In this document: one piece after another, positions 1 through 8,774 of the stretch | Numbering within the stretch: position 1 is the stretch's first letter | Layout of the letters: the number at the start of each line of letters is the position of its first letter | DNA from: Octopus sinensis | Taxonomy: Eukaryota | Assembly (NCBI RefSeq): GCF_006345805.1 | Contig: NW_021823916.1 | Coordinates: 1-20,830 of the forward strand | Direction of reading: 5' to 3' | Length of the DNA: 20,830 bases | The notes under the pieces: generated by a model | The model's database searches: none | Told to the model about the DNA's origin: nothing | The model's input: only the letters and a program-made list of their open reading frames with translations | Made by a program: the position numbers and the translations under genes

Positions 1-60
1 ACACACACACACACACACACCACACACACACAACAACACACACACACACACACCACACAC
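1..60. repeat. (CA)n microsatellite
   Basis: Near-pure ac/ca run at the start of the window. Confidence 0.95.
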
Positions 61-94
61 ATATATAATACTTTATTTAAAAGCAGCAGAAATT

Positions 95-147
95 TAACAA
101 AAGCTGTGTACTGAGAGTTTCACGTTCCAGTCGTCAGACAGTTTGTT
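95..147 (-). ncRNA. Type I hammerhead ribozyme, degenerate copy
   Basis: Minus strand reads aacaaactgt CUGACGA ctggaacgt GAAA ctctcagta c acagcttttgtt. The core is intact, but helix II is disrupted and there is an extra C after the cleavage triplet. Confidence 0.65.
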
Positions 148-149
148 TT

Positions 150-201
150 TAACAAACTGTCTGGCGAACGGAAAGTGAAACTCCGAGTAACAGCTTTGTT
201 A
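150..201 (+). ncRNA. Type I hammerhead ribozyme, core mutated (A6G)
   Basis: Helix I taacaaactgt (150-160) / acagctttgtta (190-201, one bulge); core CUGGCGA 161-167; helix II ac..gt; GAAA 177-180; helix III ACU-ccg-AGU; GUA site at 187-189. Confidence 0.75.
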
Positions 202-296
202 ATTTCTGCTGCTTTTAAATAAAGCATATTACTCTACCTCTGGTTTTTTGAGTACTCTTTTTTCCACCTTGTTTCACATTTATGTGTTTACTCCAG

Positions 297-332
297 TATA
301 TATATATATATATTATATATATAATATATATA

Positions 333-365
<33 letters not shown>

Positions 366-385
366 ATTATATATATTATTGTATA
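297..385. repeat. (TA)n microsatellite
   Basis: Interrupted ta run. Confidence 0.95.
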
Positions 386-483
386 TTTGAATTTTCTCTG
401 ACTCCTCAGATTTTTTGAATGCTGGACTACTGGTTTTAAATTGATATTAAAATTAATATTAATTTATCTCCCTCAATTTTTAA

Positions 484-514
<31 letters not shown>

Positions 515-587
515 TATAGATAGCCAGATGTACATTTACATATATGTATGTGTATATATATACACACACACACACACACATACATAA

Positions 588-1048
588 ACACAATCAGGAT
601 TTCTACTGTGGCATTTTGAAACGTTTGAGGGGTACATTCAGTGAAAGCAATCAGATCTGTGGAGTGCAAATAATCAGATTCCTCATGACAAAAAAGCACC
701 CTACCACACTATCACTCATGAGTTCTTGCCACAAACAACATGGTCCCACTTTCACACCTGCCCTGTTTGTCACATTTAGCACCTGTGGACTTCCATCTCT
801 TCCCCAAGATGAAAACGCAGTTCAAATGTCACTGTTTAAACACTAGAGTCAAGATCCAGAGGGGATTACAGAAGGTCCTCAACTCACAGAAAATTACTTC
901 CAGGCCAGATTCCAAAAGTGGCAGGAATGCTGGGACAGGTGTATTGCTGTGCAAGGTAATTGTTTTGGAGATGATGTTAAAACTTTGCTAAATAAGCTCT
1001 TTTTTGTTAAACCTAACTAGTCCAGGAACTTTTTGATATCACCTTGTA
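588..1048 (+). mobile_element. Mariner transposase C-terminal relic with right end
   Basis: Frameshifted translation QDFYCGILKRL / DLWSANN..HD / MVPLSHLPCLSHLAPVDFHLFPKMK (decayed HPPYSPDLAP.DF.LFPKMK) / TENYFQARFQKWQECWDRCIAVQGNCFGD. Ends in TIR-like ggaactttttgatatcaccttg followed by TA (1047-1048). Confidence 0.85.
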
Positions 1049-1444
1049 CATTTGTAATTTTCTATGTGTGCAACATCAAGATAGAAAACCATAAAATTGG
1101 CAAAACAACAGAAGAAATAAACTGCAAATAAGACATTTATGTAACATCATACTTCAAATATTTCCATATTGAAACTGGAATTCCATCATATATTTTTACC
1201 AATTGCCTGTTTTATTCTATTGCCATCAGCTGTGGGATCTTTTATCCCTCAATCCCGTTTTCACAAAATCCCTAACAATCACCCAAATTCAATACGAGAT
1301 CAATGAAATCATTCATCATGGGATTTGTCACATTTTTTTCTTTTCTTTTTTTCTACATCAAAGTAATTCCTTTTGTCAGAATGTATGATGACATTCTTTA
1401 CCGAAATTCCTCCTTTTTCTGCCTCTGCAAAACTTAGAGCAATG

Positions 1445-1524
1445 GTCATTATCCATCATTGCTGTCATCGACATCTTCATCGTTCTCGTTGTTGTTGTCA
1501 TCTTCACCATTATCATCATCATCA
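1445..1524. repeat. (CAT)/(GTT) degenerate trinucleotide repeat
   Basis: catcatt/gttgttg/catcatcat runs. Confidence 0.8.
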
Positions 1525-1611
1525 TGGGGTCGATTTGCTCGACTGAAGGCGATGCTCCAGCATGGCCGCAGTCAAATGACTGAAACAAGTAAAAGAGTAA
1601 AAAAGTAAAAA
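1525..1611 (+). mobile_element. CORE-type tRNA SINE, 3' fragment
   Basis: ggggtcgatttgctcgact...gctccagcatggccgcagtcaaatgactgaaacaagtaaaagagtaa matches the 3' end of the full copies in this window. Confidence 0.9.
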
Positions 1612-1612
<1 letters not shown>

Positions 1613-1654
<42 letters not shown>

Positions 1655-1674
1655 TATATATATATATATATACG

Positions 1675-1706
<32 letters not shown>
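1613..1706. repeat. (TA)n microsatellite
   Basis: Long ta run. Confidence 0.95.
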
Positions 1707-1710
<4 letters not shown>

Positions 1711-1950
1711 TGTAAGATCCAGGATCGAGGTGTAGAAAGAAAATAAGCTTCAAGCAATCATCCACAGTGAATCCCCAAAGAAATAACTTTCAGGAACAGT
1801 AGTGGTTTATTGAGATGGATGGTGGCAGATATTTTTCTTTATCAAAGAATGATGAGCTGAAAAAAGTTCTCTCTATATTCCACAGTAGGCAACCAAGATT
1901 GCCGAGTGTGTGAAAATGAACACAAGAGTTACAGAATGGAGTATGGGAAA

Positions 1951-2039
1951 TTTGGGCTACGTGTTTCATAGTGCATAGAACCTCAGAAGTCGTAAAATCC
2001 AAGTGAGATGTATACCACCGGCCACTCTTCAGGTCAAGG
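1951..2039 (-). ncRNA. Type I hammerhead ribozyme with long helix II insert
   Basis: ccttgac CUGAAGA (2032-2026) gtgg..~50 nt..ctat GAAA (1967-1964) C ac GU A gcccaaa. Helix III acacgt is a likely CpG-decayed acgcgt palindrome; helix I is weakened. Confidence 0.65.
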
Positions 2040-2063
2040 ATATCTTGATTAGACCAAAGATAT

Positions 2064-2153
2064 CCTTGGCCTGAAGAGTAACCGGTGGTATACACCTCAC
2101 TTGGATTCTACCACTTCTGAGGTTCCACTTGCTATGAAAGATATGTAGCCCAG
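2064..2153 (+). ncRNA. Type I hammerhead ribozyme, decayed copy
   Basis: ccttggc CUGAAGA (2071-2077) gta..gctat GAAA (2136-2139) gatatGUA gcccag. Helix III is broken. Confidence 0.55.
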
Positions 2154-2759
2154 TTTTTCCATAAACCATTCCATAATTCTTGTATATATGTGTGTATGTG
2201 TGTGCATATACATTAATATATATATATATATATATATATGAATGTGTGTGTGTGTAGACATATATATATGTGTGTGTGTATGTTTATATGTATATCAAAC
2301 AACAATCTTTTAAGGAATATTTATGTGCCAATAATATATTTGAAGAATAAGAAAAAGTGAAAGAAAATCAAAATTAAACACAAAACAGGAATAAATCATT
2401 AAAAAAAAAATAGAAAAGAAATACCAAAATTGCAAAAGAAACTGATTTTCCCGTATGGATTTCATTTAAAATGAATTTTGAAAAAGTTTTATCTATTTTT
2501 TAAAGGAAATTTGGGATGTGAGGAGGGGTAAACTTCAATAAATTTCTGGGGTCTTCTGCAGAAAGATAATTAAAAATAGAAAAATTATAAAAAATAAGAA
2601 GCAAAAACAGTTAAATCCATAAGATCCCCCCCTCCCCTCAAAATTGACATTATTAAAGAATTTCGATAAGAAACCAATATTAGAATAGAAAAGAGAGGAA
2701 TAACATTGGAATAGTGATCGCAAGGTCTGTAGAATGATGTGTAGAATGGAGGTTAAAGA

Positions 2760-2882
2760 CACGCATATACACACACACACACACACTTACTCACTTACAT
2801 ACACACTCACATGCACACACACTCATACACTCACAGACTCACACATACATACTCACCTACACTCACATTCATATACATGCAG

Positions 2883-2919
<37 letters not shown>

Positions 2920-3831
2920 GCACACATACACACACATTGACACACAATTACACACTCACACGCAAAAACATATTCTCTCTCTCTCTCCCTCTCTCTCACA
3001 CACACGCACAAAAACACACATACACACACACTGTCACACAAACAATCACAATCACAGTCACACACAATCACACAACCACACACATGCACATTCATACACA
3101 CACGTACACACAACCACACAGTCACAACATCACACACATTTGCACACACACACATACAGTCACACATGATGAATACACACACACACACAGATTCATGCAC
3201 ACTCACATTCACATCTACTCACACCAACACACACACAGTCATAATCATATGCACACCATTACACACAATCACACAAAATTCACATACACACACACACACT
3301 CATACACTTGCACACACAGCCACAATTCACAGGCACATACACAGTCACTCACACACAACCACACGCACACACAGTCACAATTCACACGCACATACACACA
3401 CACACATGCACACAAACACACACACACACATACGCACTCACATACACAGCCACAATTCACCGACCCACACTCAGTCACTCACACACAATCACACACACAG
3501 CCACAATTCACGCACGCACACACACACAGACACATGCACTCACACACACAGCCACAATTCACGCACGCACACACACACAGACACATGCACTCACACACAC
3601 AGCCACAATTCAGACACACACTCAGTCACTCACACACAATCACAAACAATCACAAACACAGACACAATTCACACGCACATACACACACACACACACACAA
3701 ACAAACACACACACACTTACACATAGCCACAATTCACAGACACACACTCAGTCACACACACACAATCACACACACAGCCACAATTCACGCACACACACAT
3801 ATACACACATGCACTCACACACACAGCCACA

Positions 3832-3867
<36 letters not shown>

Positions 3868-3893
3868 GCACACACACACACACACACAACTGA
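2760..3893. repeat. CA-rich compound micro/minisatellite
   Basis: (CA)n background with about 10 copies of gccacaattcac; a 51-bp period is visible at 3500/3551/3602. Explains the His/Thr-rich ORFs. Confidence 0.95.
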
Positions 3894-4151
3894 CACACAA
3901 ATGTTTAACAATCTCAATTAACAGATAAAAGATGGAGTTTTTCTGATATTTTATCGTTTGTCATTCTATATTTCTTAAAGGAATTAATTATTAAGATTTG
4001 AAACTAATTATCGACAGATGGCTCCTCTCTCACAGCTACTGAAATATTTAAGTGTGCTAATTAACGACATTGAGAGGGTGTGGTGTCCAGTTAAAGAGAT
4101 GCTGTGTTGTCCCCTAATAAAGCTTTGTAATTTTGTCTCATCAGTTGTGTT

Positions 4152-4334
4152 CATCATCATCCTCATCATCATCAGCAGCAGCATTTAACGTCCGTTTTCC
4201 ATGCTGGTATGGATTGGACGGTTTGACAACAGCTGACCAGCTGAAGGGCTGTTCAGGCTCCATGTCTGTTTTGGCATGGTTGCTACAGCTGGGCACCCTT
4301 CCTATCACCAACCACTTTACAGAGTGTGTAGTGG
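4152..4334 (-). mobile_element. RTE-type LINE 3' tail with (GAT)n end
   Basis: Reverse complement ends ...ccagcatggaaaacggacgttaaatgctgctgctgatgatg; same family as 8353-8664. Confidence 0.75.
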
Positions 4335-4912
4335 TTATGTGTGTGTATCATGGTGAACAGATGCAAAAGGAATGTGTATGTCTTTGAAGTAAACAAATGA
4401 GTGAATTGATTCATAGTTAAAAATAATTTATTCACCGGACTTAATTTCTTGTTGGTACACATAATTCTTTACTACATGCAAAATGTTGACAACTGCTACG
4501 AGTTGCTAGAAATAGAAACAGGGTACATCTGTGGAAGTGATGTGTCAAAACTCAATCTTTGTGTGTGTGTATGTGCGTAGTTCATCTGAGATCAGTAGTC
4601 TACTGTAGAACTTCAAACATTTCTCTCGGGTCTCTACGGTCATTCAAAACCTGTCGTCATAGGCCTTTCTCCCTTTGTCTGTCTGTTGACCACCATATTT
4701 ATAATAATCGTTGCAGCTAGAAGGACAGACATACTGCAGCAGAGTTGTATCTAAGTAGGTCAGCTCCTGTCCATTTGAACTTCACCTGACATGGCTGAGG
4801 TCGTAGGTCAAAGGGACATGATCAATCACTTTTTGACAGGACAAAGAAAACCATTTTTCGGTTTCGAATCTAAGCTTGGAGAAGGAAGGGTTAATTTTTA
4901 CAAGTGTACAAA

Positions 4913-5222
4913 GTGCTTTTACACAGCACAGGTGCTTTTTACATGGCACCAGGACCTATGAGGTCCGCAAGATTAGGGATGCTCAGATGGAGAGGGTTGC
5001 AGGGGTTGAACCTGTATGCAAGGGCAACCACACTTTTACTTAGCCTGACATTTCTTTCCAAGCACAACAAACTGCCAGGTGTCTCAGACCCCTGTCATCC
5101 CTTCTGTGAGTCCCAACGCCTGTAGATCCTTTCTCACCACTTAGTCCTACATCTTTCTGGATCTACCCCTTCCACATGTTCCCTCTGCAATTAGAGATCA
5201 CCACCTCTTGATGCAAGTGTCC
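4913..5222 (-). mobile_element. RTE LINE ORF2 C-terminus and start of 3' UTR (relic)
   Basis: Minus translation DTCIKRW*SLIAEGTCGRGRSRKM*D*VVRKDLQALGLTEGMTGV*DTWQFVVLGKKCQAK* matches the RTE G.R.RGRPRKTW..V..D C-terminal motif. Confidence 0.8.
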
Positions 5223-5285
5223 TGATTAAAAAAAATACTGGACTTTCACAAATCAAATTGTCTTCCCTCTCACAACCATTGAAAT

Positions 5286-5720
5286 CAGGGTTAGGTAAGA
5301 CCCATAGAGGCCCTTAGCACTTAAAAGATTTTGGTACCACCATAAATATGTAATTCAAAATATAAACAATAATGAACCATAAAATAAATTTTTATTTTCA
5401 TTTTTCAAAGTGAAATAAGACTAACAGTAAGATTGAAAATAATGATTTTTTTGTTTTTTGTATACTTCCATTTCATTTATATTTGAAAATTTGTCTCTTA
5501 CTTTATTTTAATTGCGAAGTCGTTGATTAGATCCTCACTATGATACAATGAATGTTTTGAAATTATATTTCCAATCATGTAAACTACTTTGAATATTATT
5601 TAAGCAAATTGGATGTGATTTCTTTTGTGCCGTGAACCATTTACTATTTCAGTGGCACCCCACTTGTCCTAGATGCCCTAAGCATGAGCTTATCTTGCTA
5701 AAATTGTTAATCCAGAACTG
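5286..5720. mobile_element. hAT-type MITE
   Basis: Starts CAGGG and ends ttaatccagaaCTG (decayed TIRs). The 8-bp TSD is attgaaat (5278-5285) / actgaaat (5721-5728). Confidence 0.7.
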
Positions 5721-5735
5721 ACTGAAATATCTAAT

Positions 5736-6139
5736 TACTCTTTTACTCTTTTACTTCTTTCAGTCATGTGACTGTGGCCACGCTGGAGCACCACCTTTAG
5801 TCGAGCCAATCAACCCCAGGAATTATTCTTAGTAAGCCTAGTACTTATTCTATCAGTCTCTTTTGCCGAACTGCTAAGTTACAGGGATGTAAACACACCA
5901 GCATCGGTTGTCAAGTGATGTTGGGGGGACAAACACAGACACACAAATATATACACACACATACACATATACATATACATATATACAACGGGCTTCTTTC
6001 AGTTTTCATCTACCAAATCCTCTCACAAGGCTTTGGTTAGCCCAAGGCTATAAAAGAAGACACTTGCCCAAGGTGCCACGCAGTGGGACTGAACCTAGGA
6101 CCATGTGGCTTGTAAGCAAGCTACTTACAACGCAGCCAC
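5736..6139 (-). mobile_element. CORE-type tRNA SINE, full length (octopus OR-like)
   Basis: tRNA-like head with A-box tggctg..tgt and B-box ggttcagtccc, CORE-like gcaccttgggcaagt, internal (TA/CA) tract, and (aaagagt)n tail. Confidence 0.9.
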
Positions 6140-6446
6140 CCACAAATATAACAATATCTGTTTCAACACACGATTTCACATCAGATCTTGCAAAACAAAT
6201 ATAGAAACAGAACTTTGTCATTATTAACCCTTTTGTTACCATTTTTCTGTTAAAATACACTGCTTTTGCTTCGATTCATTTTGAAAATAATGAAAAATTT
6301 AATAAAAGATTATTAATCTTTTTGTTACCATATATCTGTTGATATACACTGTCTTTGAGTCAATTAATTTTGGAAATAATGAAGAATCCAGTAAAATAAC
6401 TGCTATTAATAAACCGGTGGCAAGCTAGTAGAATAGTTAGCTCACC

Positions 6447-6707
6447 ACTGCATACATAAGCAAAAGCAGGGTAATGCAGTCACTCATCTTTGTCTATTAG
6501 TCTGTGTGTTTGAAAAATTACTGGAAACTGGCTGAATGGATTTTCACCAAACTTGGCAGAAATACTCATTGGGTGAGTGGCTCAAACTCATCAAATTTTG
6601 GTTTAATTATCTTCAAAATTGGTGGATGAGTGAATCAAAATGTTTTTTCTTTTCTTTGTTACATATGCATAAAGGATAAGCAGGCGAAATGACTCTTGAT
6701 GTCATTT
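6447..6707 (+). mobile_element. Possible Helentron-associated (DINE-1/HINE-like) non-autonomous element
   Basis: Contains tttgtct..ttag..aaaaattactggaaactggctgaatggattttcaccaaacttggc, which resembles the HINE core as I recall it, and a subterminal tatgcataaaggataag. Confidence 0.4.
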
Positions 6708-6708
6708 G

Positions 6709-6760
6709 GTTGAAATATGAATTTGTCTGAGATTTTGTTGAAATATGAATTTGTCTGAGA
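6709..6760 (+). repeat. 24-bp direct duplication
   Basis: gttgaaatatgaatttgtctgaga at 6709-6732 and 6737-6760. Confidence 0.95.
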
Positions 6761-7424
6761 ATATACTTATTAAATTAAATTTTATTTTATCCTTGTGTGC
6801 ATGCAGGGTATGCATTGTATCTCCAATTCCTTTCTTTTTTGGTATTTCTTCTAACTTTGTGCTCTGGTTTCAAATTCCTCTGGAGTCAATTTGGCCTCTC
6901 ATTCTTTCAGGATCAATAAAACAAGCACCAGTCAGGAACTAAAGGTGTTGTAATAATTAGCCTCTCACACCCAAGCTTTGTCCTTGCACCTGTAATAGAA
7001 AGAAATATCGATCCAGTGTGTGGAACATAAATTGACATGAAATTTTGTTGGAAGGATTTTAATTGAGATCACTTTGAAATAGGAAGTTTATCATAGACCC
7101 AGGGGCCTGTCCCAGACAGGTTGGTAACAAAAGAATTAATGCCTATAAAGGTTGGATGACTGGCCAACTGCCTGATCAGCCACCTGGCTGGTTTGCAGGT
7201 ACAAGGTAAGAGCAGTGAAATAACACCTGTAATCAGTGTCGCGTCATGTCCTGAAGTTTGGAAAGTGCGATGCAGCCTGGCAGGAAGTTTGGATTCTTGG
7301 CACATCAGCACCAAAAATGTGGCAAACAACCAGGATTACATATATATATATATTTTTTGGTGCATGTGAGCAAGTACCAAAGAATTTGTTTATCAATTTT
7401 TCTGATTTTATAAAGCATGTTGTC

Positions 7425-7668
7425 TGCTGTTGTTGTTCTTATTATTATTTTTGTTGTTGGTGGTGTTATTGTTATGGTTATCATCATCCTCATTATTATT
7501 ATTAATTTATTATTATTAATGTTATTATTATCATTATTATCATCGTCGTCATCATCATCATCATCGTCGTCATCATCACCATTATCATCATCACCATCAT
7601 CATCATCATCATAGTCATCGTTTTTATTATCATCATCATTATCATCATCATCATTATAATTGTTGTTG

Positions 7669-7720
<52 letters not shown>
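7425..7720. repeat. Compound trinucleotide microsatellite (GTT/ATT/CAT/CGT)
   Basis: Successive blocks of related triplets. Confidence 0.95.
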
Positions 7721-7849
7721 GAGAATCTTATCAAATTTCTCACGCAGCCATATATAGAGATCGGAATAAAATTGCAAAGAGTGGAACAAACAAGTGTAAA
7801 CAGTTACAAAGAGTTTAGGCAATTCCTTTCTGGGTAGCTGGGTACATTA

Positions 7850-7854
7850 TTGGT

Positions 7855-7890
<36 letters not shown>

Positions 7891-7970
7891 CAGATGGCTG
7901 CTGGCTGGCTGGCTGGCTGGCTGGTTTACTTGTTGACTGGTTGGTTTGCTGGTTGGTTGGTGGGTGGCTG
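7850..7970. repeat. (GGCT)n/(GGTT)n tetranucleotide repeat
   Basis: ggctggctggct... grading into ggttggtt. Confidence 0.95.
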
Positions 7971-8109
7971 ATTGTATGTAGCTGAACAACTGAAATATTC
8001 CTGAATGGAAGGATAATGAGATCAATCCCAACAGCAGGCACTTTATTCCCACTGCTCCTTACTCTGTCTTTGTTTCAGTAAGTTTTGAAAATAATGGAAG
8101 CTCACTTTG

Positions 8110-8235
8110 TTACTACATGGTTTCAGGTTCACTTCCAGTACAAGGTAGCTATTGTCCCTGTCTGATTAATTTCATGTGAGTCAATTTGGTAGATGAGGCC
8201 CATAACTTGTGTATGTGTGTGTGTTTCTGTGTGTG
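8110..8235 (+). mobile_element. Highly decayed CORE-type SINE fragment
   Basis: ctacatggtttcaggttcacttcc...tgtgagtcaatttggtagatg...gtgtgtttctgtgtg echo the SINE head and middle. Confidence 0.45.
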
Positions 8236-8352
8236 TGGTGTGATAGATAAAGATAGAGAGTAAGAGAAAGCGAGGGAGAGTCCGAGAGAAAAGAAAAGTA
8301 AGAGAGTGGGAAAGTGAGAGAGAAAGGAGAGAGAAGCAAAGAGGGAGAATAA

Positions 8353-8664
8353 TCATCATCATCATCATCATTGTTTAACATCCGTTTTCCGTGCTAGCAC
8401 AGGTTGGACAGTTTGACCGGGGTCTGGGAAGCCAGGAGGCTGCACCAGGCTCCAGTCTCATCTGGCAATGTTTCTACGGCTGGATGCCCTTCCTAATGCC
8501 AACCACTCTGTGAGTGTAGTGGGTGATTTTTTCGTGCCGCCGGCACGGTGCCAGGGGAGCTGGCAGCGGCCATGATCGGTTGGTGCTTTTTACGTGTCAC
8601 TGGCACAGAAGCCAGTCAAGGCGGCGCTGCAATCGCCCACGTTCAGATGGTGCTTTTTACGTGC
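8353..8664 (-). mobile_element. RTE-type 3' tail element with (GAT)n end
   Basis: Reverse complement of the aggaagggcatccagccgtagaaac...ggaaaacggatgttaaacaatgatgatg tail, with three internal repeats of ggtg(c/a)ttttt(a/t)cgtg (8523, 8582, 8649). Confidence 0.75.
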
Positions 8665-8732
8665 TGAAAGGAAGCAACAGAAAGTAACAACCACACTCTT
8701 ACCCGCGCGTAGAGCGGGTCACCTTAAGCTAG
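8664..8732 (+). mobile_element. Helitron 3' terminus
   Basis: GC-rich hairpin acccgc-gcgtaga-gcgggt (8701-8719), a 9-nt spacer, then CTAG (8729-8732) followed by T. Confidence 0.6.
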
Positions 8733-8774
8733 TGTATATATATATATATATATATACTACATATATATAAGAGG

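Larger units (their letters stand above)
66..298 (+). mobile_element. Penelope-like pLTR relic with inverted truncated copy (fold-back element 1)
   Basis: Arms 66-147 and 151-231 are imperfect reverse complements around ttt (148-150). The plus arm continues through AATAAA (218-223) to ~298. Both arms carry hammerhead motifs, and microsatellites flank both sides. Confidence 0.7.
1710..2183 (-). mobile_element. Penelope-like pLTR relic with inverted copy (fold-back element 2)
   Basis: Arms 1922-2046 and 2057-2183 are reverse complements with a 10-nt spacer. The minus arm continues toward ~1710 (left limit uncertain). Both arms carry hammerhead motifs, and TA-rich microsatellites flank both ends. 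Confidence 0.65.
6416..7007 (+). mobile_element. Old copy of the second tRNA SINE family, interrupted
   Basis: Head ggtggcaagctagtagaatagttagctcacc (6416-6446) and body ggtatttc..ggtttcaaattcc..ggagtcaatttggcc..gatcaataaaacaagcaccag (6838-7007) align with the young copy at 12587-12820. Confidence 0.6.
6224..7139. mobile_element. TTAA-flanked piggyBac-like MITE split by nested insertions
   Basis: TTAA|cccttttgttacc at 6224 and ggtaacaaaagaa|TTAA at 7136-7139. The left end is duplicated at 6313. The body is interrupted from 6416 to ~7010. Confidence 0.6.

Noticed and set aside
385-420. Minus-strand CUGAGGA-gucaga-GAAA
   Set aside because: Helix II and helix III cannot be formed convincingly.
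1790-2095. 101-aa ORF as a Penelope protein fragment
   Set aside because: It crosses the palindrome centre and shows no RT or GIY-YIG motif.
3300-3840. CRISPR-like repeat-spacer appearance (also at 10900-11660)
   Set aside because: The anchors are only 10-12 nt, the spacers are related low-complexity sequence, the context is eukaryotic, and there are no cas genes.
2811-3928. Long His/Thr-rich ORFs (360, 206 and 186 aa)
   Set aside because: They are translations of (CA)n repeats, open in several frames because the repeat lacks stop codons; there is no coding signal.
4000-4150. Minus-strand CUGAUGA-gaca (4144-4134) as a hammerhead
   Set aside because: The distant tgtc partner is followed by GAUA, not GAAA, and helices I and III do not form.
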